Shown here in pieces: positions 1-9,793 of a DNA stretch of 64,000 bases. The stretch is from the NCBI GenBank assembly GCA_949297805.1, contig CASFTG010000003.1, positions 3,996 through 67,995 of the forward strand, read 5' to 3'. The stretch's first letter is position 1. Every line of letters starts with the position of its first letter. The stretch is from an uncultured bacterium (GTDB lineage Bacteria > Bacillota_I > Bacilli_A > RFN20 > CAG-826). Under the pieces are notes generated by a model, which saw only the letters and a list, made by a program, of their open reading frames with translations, was not told the origin of the DNA and did no database searches. A program made the translations under genes and the position numbers.

Positions 1-1
1 A

Positions 2-256
2 TCGGCGATGGAAGACCCCGCTTTACTGGAGAGCGACATCTACAAGAATATTGGCCAATACTTAGGCAATCCCGAGGATTTCACCCTCGGCGGCGTTACC
101 GAGTACTACTCCGAAGTATTTGGGCTTGAAATGAACCAAGGTTTGAATGAAGTCTGGCATCAGACCTTCAATACCCAGACCCAAAACAAGAGCATTGCCG
201 ATATCGTCAACGAGCAATATCTCAATTCCTTATCGATCATCTCTGACTATCAATGA
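2..256 (+). CDS. C-terminal part of a probable sugar ABC transporter substrate-binding protein (begins before the window)
   Basis: Frame is open from the window edge and lies directly upstream of two carbohydrate ABC permeases; the call rests mainly on context. Confidence 0.6.
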   Translation, partial: SAMEDPALLESDIYKNIGQYLGNPEDFTLGGVTEYYSEVFGLEMNQGLNEVWHQTFNTQTQNKSIADIVNEQYLNSLSIISDYQ

Positions 257-279
257 GGTTTGCCGACTAGGAGAAGGCT

Positions 280-1341
280 ATGAAACACGGAAAGGAAAAG
301 GCTGTTTATTACGGGAAAAGCTATTTAACGGCTCTCCTTTTCCTTCTCCCGTTATTAGCCATGTTCGTTCTCTTCTTCCTCATCCCCTTTATCTCGGGCA
401 TCAACATGTCCTTCTATCACTACAACTTAGCCGATCCCTCAGATACCTACTTTGTCGGTTTTGAGAACTACAAGTATTTCCTCTTTACCAAAGAAATACC
501 GGTCATGATTGATGGCGAGCCGGTCTTGGGGGCGGACGGGGAACCACTGATGGTGGCGAACAACTCTTTCTATTCCTTCTGGTATTCGCTCCTTTACACT
601 TTCCTCTTCGCTTTAGTTATCGTTCCGGTCTCGATTTTCCTCCCGTTGCTATTGGCTTCGTTTTTGAAGAAGAAGCCGTGGGGGTATCGGTTATGGCGTT
701 CGCTGATTTTCATCCCATCGATATTTGCCGTCAGCGCCACCGGGACCGCCTTCGTTTACCTTTTTTCAAACTCGGAGGATGGTTTCATCAACGCGCTGTT
801 TAACACCCACATTGAATGGCTCAACACCCCTTTGACGGCTTGGTTTGTCATCTTGCTTCTTTGCCTATATGGCATCGGGGCCAATTTCATCATCCTTTCG
901 GCCGGGTTAGAAAACGTGCCGAAGTCGCTTTATGAATCCTCGTTGATCGATGGCTGCAACTCCTGGCAAAAGTTCCTCTATGTCACTCTGCCGGGCATTA
1001 AGTACCAATTGTCGGTCTGTCTATTCACGACCTTAATCGGCTATATGAATCTCTATGGGCAAAACCGGGTCCTGACGATGGGTGGGCCGAGCGACTTCAC
1101 CCATCCGGAACGCCCTGGGGTTACCCATACGGTTATTTACGTAATTCAGGATTATCTAACTGGATCAGGCAAATTCTCATTAATGGGAAGAATATCGGCG
1201 GTTTGCATTGTTTTCGGTCTCTTTGTCGCCGCTTTGTCTTCGATTCGTCTCTTTGTTGACCGCGATAAGAAAGGAGGGAATAAACATGCCAAAGAATACC
1301 GTGAGTATTTCGCGAAAAAAGAAACCAATCCGGCTCAATAA
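280..1341 (+). CDS. Carbohydrate ABC transporter permease (MalF/UgpA-like)
   Basis: Several TM segments; EAA-like loop 'AGLENVPKSLYESSLIDGCNSWQKF'; SD AGGAG upstream. Confidence 0.92.
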   Translation: MKHGKEKAVYYGKSYLTALLFLLPLLAMFVLFFLIPFISGINMSFYHYNLADPSDTYFVGFENYKYFLFTKEIPVMIDGEPVLGADGEPLMVANNSFYSFWYSLLYTFLFALVIVPVSIFLPLLLASFLKKKPWGYRLWRSLIFIPSIFAVSATGTAFVYLFSNSEDGFINALFNTHIEWLNTPLTAWFVILLLCLYGIGANFIILSAGLENVPKSLYESSLIDGCNSWQKFLYVTLPGIKYQLSVCLFTTLIGYMNLYGQNRVLTMGGPSDFTHPERPGVTHTVIYVIQDYLTGSGKFSLMGRISAVCIVFGLFVAALSSIRLFVDRDKKGGNKHAKEYREYFAKKETNPAQ

Positions 1342-2200
1342 GCTGGCGGTGACTATCTTTTTCGCCATCTTTTGCTTCCTCTGGATTTTCCCGGTTCTTT
1401 ATTTGGTCAACGGTTCTTTGAAGTCTTCGTTGGATTGGGCGACTAATCCCCGTTCTTTCTTCCCGGATTTCGGATACACCTTTGAGAATTTCAAGATCCT
1501 TTTCGTCGGCGGAGATCAGAATGGGGCTTATGACTATGGCTTGGATGCCCAACCGATTACGGCCTGGATTTTGAATTCGCTCATCGCTTCCTTGATTCAC
1601 ACCGTCCTATATTTGGTTATCGCTTGCCTGGCTGCTTACGCCTTCACTTTCCTAAAGTTCAAAGGTCGAGACGCTTTGTTTGCCTTGCTATTGGTTTCGA
1701 TGGCGATCCCGGGCGTAATGCTCACCACTCCGCAGTTCGAAAACGTCTTGAAGCTTGGTTTGTCACTCAATATCTGGGCCATTATCTTGCCTGGCTTAGG
1801 CGGCATCAGCGGCGTCTATTTGATTCGCCAGTTTTTCAAAGGCGTTCCGAATAGTTTAGTCGAGTCGGCGAAAATCGATGGGGCGTCGAACTTCCGGGTT
1901 TTCTGCCAAGTTGTTTTGCCGCTTGCCAAAAGCGTTCTCTTCGTCCAAGGGTTGTTCTCCTTCATGAGCGTTTGGAACGATTATGCGTGGGCCCAAATCG
2001 TTTTGGGCTATGGTGATAAGAAGCTTTGGACGCTGCAACTTGGCCTTACGTATTTAGTTGATGTCAACAAGGGGCAATTAGGTTCAACCGGGGTCACGAT
2101 GGCGGCTTCGATTATCTCGATGCTGCCTGTGTTCATCGTCTATTTATTCGCTGAGCGAAACATCGTCGAGGGGGTCGCCCTAACGGGGGTGAAGAACTAA
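1286..2200 (+). CDS. Carbohydrate ABC transporter permease (MalG/UgpE-like)
   Basis: 'VPNSLVESAKIDGAS' EAA motif, 'WNDY', 'LWTLQLGL'; start moved to ATG 1286 after SD AAGGAGG. Confidence 0.92.
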   Translation: MPKNTVSISRKKKPIRLNKLAVTIFFAIFCFLWIFPVLYLVNGSLKSSLDWATNPRSFFPDFGYTFENFKILFVGGDQNGAYDYGLDAQPITAWILNSLIASLIHTVLYLVIACLAAYAFTFLKFKGRDALFALLLVSMAIPGVMLTTPQFENVLKLGLSLNIWAIILPGLGGISGVYLIRQFFKGVPNSLVESAKIDGASNFRVFCQVVLPLAKSVLFVQGLFSFMSVWNDYAWAQIVLGYGDKKLWTLQLGLTYLVDVNKGQLGSTGVTMAASIISMLPVFIVYLFAERNIVEGVALTGVKN

Positions 2201-2214
2201 TGGAGGAAACGAGT

Positions 2215-3744
2215 ATGGCCGAACAACCGATCATTTCTTTAAAGAATGTCTCTAAACGTTATTCCCGTGGCAATCGGGCGGTTAAGGATTTGAATCTTGA
2301 TATCGCTCGCCGTGATTTCTTGGTATTGGTCGGGCCATCGGGATGCGGAAAGTCGACGACTTTGCGGATGATCGCTGGTTTAGAGGAAATCAGTGACGGT
2401 GAACTTTATCTCGATGGCAAGTTCGCGAATTATGTTTCGCCGCAAAAACGGAATCTGGCTATGGTTTTCCAAAACTATGCCCTTTATCCCCAATTAACCG
2501 TCTATGACAATATCGCCTTCTCTTTGAAAATCCGCGGGGTTCCTAAGGAAGAGATTAAGACCAAAGTCTTTGAGGCCGCCAAGGTTTTATCGCTTGGTCC
2601 TTACCTCGACCGTTATCCGAAAGAGCTGTCCGGTGGCCAGATGCAGCGGGTCGCCTTGGGCCGAGCGATCGTTAAGGATTGCCCGGTTTACCTTATGGAT
2701 GAGCCCTTATCGAATCTCGACGCCAAGCTTCGGGTGCAGATGCGGAGCGAGATCGTTCGGCTGATGAAAAGGCTTAACGGGACCTGCGTTTACGTTACCC
2801 ACGACCAGACCGAAGCTATGACGATGGCGACCCGGATCGTGGTTATGAACGAAGGCTACGTCCAACAGATCGGGACTCCGGACGAGGTATATAACCAACC
2901 GGCCAATCTGTTCGTCGCCACTTTCATCGGCAATCCCCCGATGAATGTCGTCGAGGGGCATCTCTGCGACGATTCGCTTGTGGTTGGCGATTGGAAATTA
3001 TCTTTGCCTTCAGAACGCTTCGCGGCAGTCAAAAAAGAATACGAGCGGAATCACAGCCGTTTCCTTGAAGTGCTCAATCTCCAACAGGGACAAGTCTTGC
3101 CTTTACTTCGGGATTTCCTTAAGAAAAGCAAAAAAGGCAAGTTCCTGACTTCGAATGAAGGGATTGAGGCGCTTAATAACCTAAAAGCCAAAATCGAAGA
3201 GGAAGGAGGAATCGCCAAACGTCGTTATCAAGAACTAGGGGAGGATAGCCCTTCGCGCGATGATTTCCTTTCTTTACTTAATGGTTTGGAGACGACGTTG
3301 AACGAGTTCCGGGACGCCGCTTTATCCTCCAGGACTTATCTAAGGAAGGAAGAGACGGTCGCGAAGAAGAAAAAGTTCTTCGACCGGTTCAAGAAGAAAG
3401 AAGAAGGGAAAAGCAAAGAAACCGAACTGACCGAATTCTTAACGGAAGCCATTGGCTTTTACGAGGAAGCGATGACCAATCCATCCGCTTCCGTCCTTGT
3501 GGGTTTCCGGGCCGAAAGCCTGGTGGCGAAAAAAGGTGGGCCCTTAAAAGCCAAGATCGATCTAGTCGAACCATTAGGTTCGAGCAACTATCTTCACTTT
3601 CCGCTTAACGGGAAAGACGTTATCGCCATCACCGGCGTCAAGCAGCGTTACCAGGCTCAATGCGAGGTTGGTTTCGTCTTGCCAGACGAGGACATCTTCA
3701 TCTTCGATCCGATCACGGGTCGCCGCATCGAGAAAAAGGAGTGA
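2215..3744 (+). CDS. Sugar ABC transporter ATP-binding protein (MsmX/MalK-like) with a large internal insertion
   Basis: Walker A GPSGCGKS, signature LSGGQ, Walker B LMDEP, C-terminal 'VEPLGS...FIFDP' OB domain; ATG 2215 follows GGAGG. Confidence 0.93.
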   Translation: MAEQPIISLKNVSKRYSRGNRAVKDLNLDIARRDFLVLVGPSGCGKSTTLRMIAGLEEISDGELYLDGKFANYVSPQKRNLAMVFQNYALYPQLTVYDNIAFSLKIRGVPKEEIKTKVFEAAKVLSLGPYLDRYPKELSGGQMQRVALGRAIVKDCPVYLMDEPLSNLDAKLRVQMRSEIVRLMKRLNGTCVYVTHDQTEAMTMATRIVVMNEGYVQQIGTPDEVYNQPANLFVATFIGNPPMNVVEGHLCDDSLVVGDWKLSLPSERFAAVKKEYERNHSRFLEVLNLQQGQVLPLLRDFLKKSKKGKFLTSNEGIEALNNLKAKIEEEGGIAKRRYQELGEDSPSRDDFLSLLNGLETTLNEFRDAALSSRTYLRKEETVAKKKKFFDRFKKKEEGKSKETELTEFLTEAIGFYEEAMTNPSASVLVGFRAESLVAKKGGPLKAKIDLVEPLGSSNYLHFPLNGKDVIAITGVKQRYQAQCEVGFVLPDEDIFIFDPITGRRIEKKE

Positions 3745-3746
3745 AT

Positions 3747-6332
3747 ATGAACAAAAAGATCTCGACGTTATTGGCGCTGGGCTTGCTGGCTTTGACCGCC
3801 TGTTCGCCCGCCGCTTCATCCACCACCAGCGTTTCCGAGCCTTCAGGAAGCGAAACGCCGACTAATCCGGAGGAAAGTGAAATGAATGAGGATTTGACCG
3901 GCCTCGATCAATTTGCCGAAGAGGAAAGGGCGACCTACGACAACCATTTCGCCCAAGACGATCGCTTGCCTGGCGTTTCGGCTGTTCAATGTGCCGATCC
4001 GTTCGTCTTGCGCCATGACGGCCGTTATTATCTTTATGCCACCAGCGGCGGTAACCAGTTGCTTTGCTGGGAGTCGGATGACTTGCTCCATTGGGAAAGA
4101 GCGGGCAATAACGGCAATTGCCTCGGTGGGACTTCCTTAGTCAATCCCTGGGCTCCCGAGGTCACCTACATTAACGGCAAGTTCTATTTGATCTCGAGCT
4201 TCGGTGGCCAAAAGCATTCAGTCCTCGTGAGCGATTCTCCGACCGGGCCCTTCGTCGATTACTCCACGAACATTTTCCAAAACTGCATCGATGGCAGCTT
4301 CTTTATCGATTCCGATGAGCAAGTCTATTGCACGATCGCTTCGAGCCTCGGGATTTTCGTTAAGCGGTTTACCGATGATTTGAAGGATTTTAAAAACGAT
4401 CGCTTCGAAGTCACTTATGCTAATACAAAACTGGGCCGATGGAATGAAGGGCCCTACATCACTAAGCGGAGCGGCCGTTATTATCTAACCTGGACCGGGG
4501 TCGATTGTTATGCCCCTTCCTACCGGGTCAATTACAATTACTTCGATGGCGAATCGGTTACCTCGATCGCTAATTCGAATGCCTTCAAGCAAAAAGGCGG
4601 CTCGATCCTTTTATCGACCGACGAATCTTATATGGGGCTCGGCCATTCAGCGAATTTCGTCGGGCCGGACCTCGATAGCCTCTATGTCGGTTATCATGAT
4701 CTCGCCTTGAATTACGGTCCGAATGGCGAAAGCACTTCCAATCGACGTTATTTCAACTTCGCTCGGCTTTCCTTTAATGGATCCCGGGTGGTAAGCGATA
4801 CCGGGAACGACAAGGAAGGGAACTTCGTCCCCCGTCAGCCGGATTTCGCCTCGCGAGGCGGAAGCGGGATGAAGCAAGAAGGAACTTTCCTCTTATCGGA
4901 AGCTTCCCACGGAACCTCCTTTACCGCCGAATGGAACGCGAAGGGCGAGAACGGGAAGTATGTGTTCGGCTATACCGATTCCTCTAATTACGGTTATGTG
5001 ACGGCTTCGAATGCCAACGGGTTAGAAGTTCATGTCGTTAAAGACGGGACTGATGCCGTTGTCGGCGAGGCCGAACTCAACAAAGATTACGACTTCAACG
5101 CGCTTCATACCTATCGGTTAAGTTATGATCAAGGGCAATATAACCTCTATTTTGACGAGATCGAGAAGATTTCCCTGGGCGAAGCGAATCTCCCGGCGGG
5201 GCGATATGGCTATGAAGGGAAAGATTCCGCTTCTATTTCCTATAGCGCTTTCTCCAATTCCGGCCTCGGCTCCTCTGATGCCTTGGAATACCAGAAGAAC
5301 CAATCTTTGGCTAATGCATATGACCGGGAGAACTCGGTATTCGACAATGGGTCGCGCCTCGCTTATTACGAAGAGGAGTTCGGTTCGGAAATTTCCGATA
5401 ACGACATTGGCTATATGAACTTGGAGGAGGGCGATCGGGCATCTTATTTGATGCACGCCGATACCGAATTAACGGCGATTACCCTTAAGGTCCACTCGGA
5501 TATGTCCGGTAAGCAGGTGGGCATCCGGATCAACGATGGGGAGAAAACCGTCGTCACCATCCCGGAAATCGACGGGGAAGGCTTCCACTTTGTTGACCTT
5601 GGCTTGTTCCCGACCGAAGTCGGGCGGAATCGGGTTTCCCTCTATTCGGAATCCGATACCCTGCAATATAGCGAACTAGCCTATGAAGCGGCGACCGACA
5701 CCTCTTCTTATCGCTTCGAATCGGGTCTTCGGGCTTATAACCAATCCTTAACCTGGGTTGATCATGGGCGCGACCGGATTGAATACACTTCCGAAGGCAT
5801 GCATAGCAAAGGGGTCGATAATGACTTCGTGTATATCAAAGACCGAGAGGACCTTGGCGATGTTTCAATCGAGGCTGATGTCGCGGTCAATGAAGAAATC
5901 AGCGATAAATTCGCCCATCGGCGCAACGCCCTTGGCAGTTTGACCATGGATGCGCTGGATATCGATTTGGCTTATGGGGCCGGGATCGCCTTACGGGTCG
6001 ATAACCATGAGTATTACTATGGCGGTCCCAATTTCGAATGCTGCATCGATAACCTCCAAGGCGTCTATTTCGGGATGAATGCCGATAAGGTCTTCGTCAA
6101 AGACGCCAATTACGCTGAAACAGTGGTGGTTTATGAGAAGGAACACTCCTTCCCGTTAGGTGAGAAGCACCATCTGAAGCTTGAGAGTTTAGATGGGGTG
6201 GTCACCGCTTATCTTGACGGGGAGAAACTAATTAGTTTCCGTCCGGAAGGGGCTCCGAGTCGGGGCAAGGTCGGGCTATATTCCTTCTACACAGACTCGA
6301 CTTACGAGAACCTCGTAGTCGAGGGGAAATAA
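3747..6332 (+). CDS. Multidomain glycoside hydrolase family 43 lipoprotein with C-terminal beta-sandwich modules
   Basis: Lipobox LALTAC; GH43 motifs 'ADPFV..YYLYAT', 'WAPEV', 'IDGSFFID', 'NEGP', 'GHSA'; SD AAGGAG before ATG 3747. Confidence 0.85.
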   Translation: MNKKISTLLALGLLALTACSPAASSTTSVSEPSGSETPTNPEESEMNEDLTGLDQFAEEERATYDNHFAQDDRLPGVSAVQCADPFVLRHDGRYYLYATSGGNQLLCWESDDLLHWERAGNNGNCLGGTSLVNPWAPEVTYINGKFYLISSFGGQKHSVLVSDSPTGPFVDYSTNIFQNCIDGSFFIDSDEQVYCTIASSLGIFVKRFTDDLKDFKNDRFEVTYANTKLGRWNEGPYITKRSGRYYLTWTGVDCYAPSYRVNYNYFDGESVTSIANSNAFKQKGGSILLSTDESYMGLGHSANFVGPDLDSLYVGYHDLALNYGPNGESTSNRRYFNFARLSFNGSRVVSDTGNDKEGNFVPRQPDFASRGGSGMKQEGTFLLSEASHGTSFTAEWNAKGENGKYVFGYTDSSNYGYVTASNANGLEVHVVKDGTDAVVGEAELNKDYDFNALHTYRLSYDQGQYNLYFDEIEKISLGEANLPAGRYGYEGKDSASISYSAFSNSGLGSSDALEYQKNQSLANAYDRENSVFDNGSRLAYYEEEFGSEISDNDIGYMNLEEGDRASYLMHADTELTAITLKVHSDMSGKQVGIRINDGEKTVVTIPEIDGEGFHFVDLGLFPTEVGRNRVSLYSESDTLQYSELAYEAATDTSSYRFESGLRAYNQSLTWVDHGRDRIEYTSEGMHSKGVDNDFVYIKDREDLGDVSIEADVAVNEEISDKFAHRRNALGSLTMDALDIDLAYGAGIALRVDNHEYYYGGPNFECCIDNLQGVYFGMNADKVFVKDANYAETVVVYEKEHSFPLGEKHHLKLESLDGVVTAYLDGEKLISFRPEGAPSRGKVGLYSFYTDSTYENLVVEGK

Positions 6333-6468
6333 GGAAAGGAGGCGAAAGAAGAGAAAAATAAGAAAACGGCTCCCCATCCATTGTTAAGGCCACGGAAAGG
6401 AAGCCTTGTCCATTCTACACTCATCACCCAATTATTTGCGGTTTATCCAACCGCGGAAAGGAAAGAAA

Positions 6469-8763
6469 ATGGTAAAAACCTTTAAAAAGGGTCTGCTGAT
6501 GGCATTAAGTTTCGCCTTCCTTGGCGGCTTAGCCTCCTGCGGACCGACCGATTCGACGAGCAGCACGCCGCCCGAATCGACGCCGCCGACTACCGAAACC
6601 GATTTGCCAAGCCAATCCGAATCTTCTGAGGAAGAAACGTCGGATAGTTCTTCCTCCTCTTCTTCGAAAGAAGAACTGAAGATCGAGTCGGTTTCCATTA
6701 CCAACAAAGATACCGTCAAGAATATCCTCGTCGAAGAAGGGGCGACGGTGACCGCCGAAGCTATGCCTTCTTCGATCCCCCAGGAATTCACTTATGCCTC
6801 AAGCAACGAGGAAATCATCACCGTCGACGCGATGGGGCGGATAACCGCCATCGCCCCTGGCACCGCCACCCTGACCGTCAGTTGTAGTTATGGCGGGGTC
6901 ACTAAATCCGATACGGTCGAGATCACCGTCACCAACACCTTCTTCTCCCATTCCCCCGTCGGGATGGAACTGGCCGACTTCACCCATGAGCTTGATGAGA
7001 CCAACCCCTATGTCGTCTACGGGGGCGGCGGCTTCATGTTCTTTAGAAACTGCTTCGGGACCACTTGGTATGCTGAGACCGATATCACCATCGATGAATT
7101 CGCCGTGGGCGAGCTCTTTGCCAAAGTCGGCTTAATGGGGACCGATTTCCACGATCAAAACGGCCTTTATTACTTCTTCGATTGCCCGCTTGGCGACAAC
7201 AACGTCTTGATCGATAACTGGAAGGCGGTCGGGGTCAATGACCGGATCAACGGCAGCTATGACATTGGCCAATTCAATTGGAATCTCGTCCATACTCTGA
7301 CTGCCGAGGAAATGGGCATCACCGATGGCGAACCCTGCCTCCGTTATGGGGATAAGTTCAATATGGGCTTACTTCGGGATGGCGCCTATTTCCATTTCTA
7401 CTTCAACCATTATTACGTCTACTCGGTGAAGTCGACCTTACTAGATCCGAGCATCCCGACCTATCCTTGCTTCACCGCCAATAACGTTACCGCGACCCTT
7501 TCGAATTACTCCTTCCTGGAGGAGGGCGATCCGAAGCTTGATGAGTTGCTGGCGACCGCCAATGCGGTGACCTCCCCGAAAACCATCACCATCGACAAAG
7601 GGAGTGAAGCCACGATGTCGATCGATGAGGAAGGGTATCGGGTCCGGGCGACTGTCGCCTCGGCGACCACCAACAATTGCGTCGAGACCGGCGTCACTTG
7701 GGATTCCTCCGATAAGACCGTCGCCACCATCGATGACCGCGGCTATATCACTCCGTTAAAGGCCGGCGATACCACCATCACCGCCACCTCCGCCTATCCT
7801 TATAGCGAGGCTAAGGCCACCTTATTGCTCCATGTCATCGAAGGGGCGGTAGCTTCGGAAATCCAAGCCCCGACGACCCTTTCGGTCCACGATACCGAGA
7901 CCAAGGCGCTTAACGCTTCGGTCTTGCCGGTCGGGGCTGACAGCCGTTTAACCTACACCAGCGCCGATCCGAGCATCGCCAAAGTCGATGCCGAGGGCAA
8001 TGTCACCGGCGAAAAGGCCGGGACTACGACCATCACCATCGCCTCGGTTCAGGTTCCTTCGCTTAAGAAGACGGTTGAGGTCACGGTGTCCGAGTCACTT
8101 ATCTCCTATCAGGTTCCGTCTTATTGCCCGAAGGGCGATATCCCCAACCTCGATTATTCCCATATGGACGATGCCGAGGATCCTTATGTCAAGGTTAGCA
8201 TGGCTAAACCCGATGGATTTGAAGGCGGGGCCTACTTCGCTTTGAACCGTTCGGGCACCAAATGGATGACTACCTTCTCGTTTGAGAATGTCTCTTTCTA
8301 TCACGGGGAAGTGTGGGGCAAGCTCTTCATTTCGGCCAATACCGCCGACGGGAAAGCCGGTTCCTTCTTCTTCGTCGATGCTGTCCTCAATGATTCGACG
8401 AAAGGCGGCTGGACCGATATCGGCTGGGCCAACTGGACTGGCACGACCGCTGAACAATATACCGTCGGGGCTAGTTTCAAGGATGGCCAAGGGGTTATTC
8501 CTGCTGGCTGGCGGAATGTTGAGAACGTCCCATCTGGCGGTAGCGCCAAATCCCCGGTTTTTGGCTTGATCCGGGATGGCGTCGACTATTACTTCATGAT
8601 CGATGGGGAAATCGTTTTCCATCGCCAGATGAATAACGTCGCCGCTGACGTCGCCTCGGTTCCCGTCATCGGCGGGTTCCAGGCCGCCATGGAAATCCAT
8701 GACCTCTCCTACACCGACGACGCGGCCACCATCGATGGCTTAGTCGCCGAATTCAACGCCTAA
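6469..8763 (+). CDS. Surface lipoprotein with three Ig-like (Big_2) domains and two repeated beta-rich domains
   Basis: Lipobox GLASC; Ser/Thr linker; three 'Y/W.SS...A.VD..G.(I/V)T..K.G.T.IT' Big_2 motifs; SD AAAGGA before ATG 6469. Confidence 0.8.
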   Translation: MVKTFKKGLLMALSFAFLGGLASCGPTDSTSSTPPESTPPTTETDLPSQSESSEEETSDSSSSSSSKEELKIESVSITNKDTVKNILVEEGATVTAEAMPSSIPQEFTYASSNEEIITVDAMGRITAIAPGTATLTVSCSYGGVTKSDTVEITVTNTFFSHSPVGMELADFTHELDETNPYVVYGGGGFMFFRNCFGTTWYAETDITIDEFAVGELFAKVGLMGTDFHDQNGLYYFFDCPLGDNNVLIDNWKAVGVNDRINGSYDIGQFNWNLVHTLTAEEMGITDGEPCLRYGDKFNMGLLRDGAYFHFYFNHYYVYSVKSTLLDPSIPTYPCFTANNVTATLSNYSFLEEGDPKLDELLATANAVTSPKTITIDKGSEATMSIDEEGYRVRATVASATTNNCVETGVTWDSSDKTVATIDDRGYITPLKAGDTTITATSAYPYSEAKATLLLHVIEGAVASEIQAPTTLSVHDTETKALNASVLPVGADSRLTYTSADPSIAKVDAEGNVTGEKAGTTTITIASVQVPSLKKTVEVTVSESLISYQVPSYCPKGDIPNLDYSHMDDAEDPYVKVSMAKPDGFEGGAYFALNRSGTKWMTTFSFENVSFYHGEVWGKLFISANTADGKAGSFFFVDAVLNDSTKGGWTDIGWANWTGTTAEQYTVGASFKDGQGVIPAGWRNVENVPSGGSAKSPVFGLIRDGVDYYFMIDGEIVFHRQMNNVAADVASVPVIGGFQAAMEIHDLSYTDDAATIDGLVAEFNA

Positions 8764-8776
8764 TCATCATCTATTT

Positions 8777-9790
8777 ATGGAAGATACCCGTTTACAGTTT
8801 CCCTCCTTGAAAAAGCGTTCGCTCGCTTTATTGCTGGACGCGGGTATCTTCCTGCTTAGTTTCCTCCTTCTTTATTTCTTGGCCTTCTCCTCCGTTTTCT
8901 CGATTGGTAAGGAAACGGAGCTGCGGGCCGAGGCCTTCCTAGCCGCTGGACTATACGAGCAGAATGAAAGCGGATATGTCATTTATGATTCCGATGAATA
9001 TTCCGGCTATCTAAATAAGGTCAAATCCTATTACTGCGGCTATGCTGGCGAACCTTCTTATTTCGATACCGACTTTTATCTTAACCATGGCGGAGAGCGG
9101 AAGAGCTTAACTCCCCAAGAGTTCAACGAATCGATTCTTGGAGTGGAGGATTCGCCATACTTCACTTTAACCGAAGTCGATGAAGAGGGTTTCGCTCTCT
9201 TAAAAGACGATCTTTATTATCAAGGCGAATTGAAGGATGCGGCCGAGGCGGACCTATTAACCTATTGCTCAGGGTTATTCCGGGACTGTTTCACCGATTT
9301 ATTCAACGATCGTTTCTATGCTGAAGCGGTGGATTCCGCTACCTCGAAAACCCTCGCTCGGCAATCATTATCGTTTTATTTGCCGTTAGTCGCCTTCCAT
9401 TTCCTACTTCCTTTATGCTTGCCTAGAGGCAAAACCATTGGGCGATTGATCACGAATATCATCGTCGTTTCCAAGGATGGGATTTACCAATCGCGCCTAT
9501 TTAACTTGCTTCGCCCCTTGCCTTTGGGCCTCATTGGCTTATCGCTCGTCTTTTCAACCGATTTCTATTTATTCCTCATCCTTCTAACGGTTTATCTAAC
9601 CGCCGACTTCGTTTCTTTCGCCTTAACTAAAGATCACCGCTCTCTTCGTGATTTGGCGTCCGGTTCTTTGCAATTAGACGGTGCCCGGAGTCAGCCCTAT
9701 CACGATTATGACGAGATCGAAAAGGCTCAAGCGGCGGAAGAAGATGCCTTACTGCAAATTAGCGAAGATTATTATCAACACGGAGATTAA
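8777..9790 (+). CDS. RDD-family membrane protein with an extracytoplasmic insert
   Basis: 'KKRSLALLLD', 'GKTIGR', 'HRSLRDLASG' RDD motifs and TM helices. Confidence 0.75.
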   Translation: MEDTRLQFPSLKKRSLALLLDAGIFLLSFLLLYFLAFSSVFSIGKETELRAEAFLAAGLYEQNESGYVIYDSDEYSGYLNKVKSYYCGYAGEPSYFDTDFYLNHGGERKSLTPQEFNESILGVEDSPYFTLTEVDEEGFALLKDDLYYQGELKDAAEADLLTYCSGLFRDCFTDLFNDRFYAEAVDSATSKTLARQSLSFYLPLVAFHFLLPLCLPRGKTIGRLITNIIVVSKDGIYQSRLFNLLRPLPLGLIGLSLVFSTDFYLFLILLTVYLTADFVSFALTKDHRSLRDLASGSLQLDGARSQPYHDYDEIEKAQAAEEDALLQISEDYYQHGD

Positions 9791-9793
9791 CTT

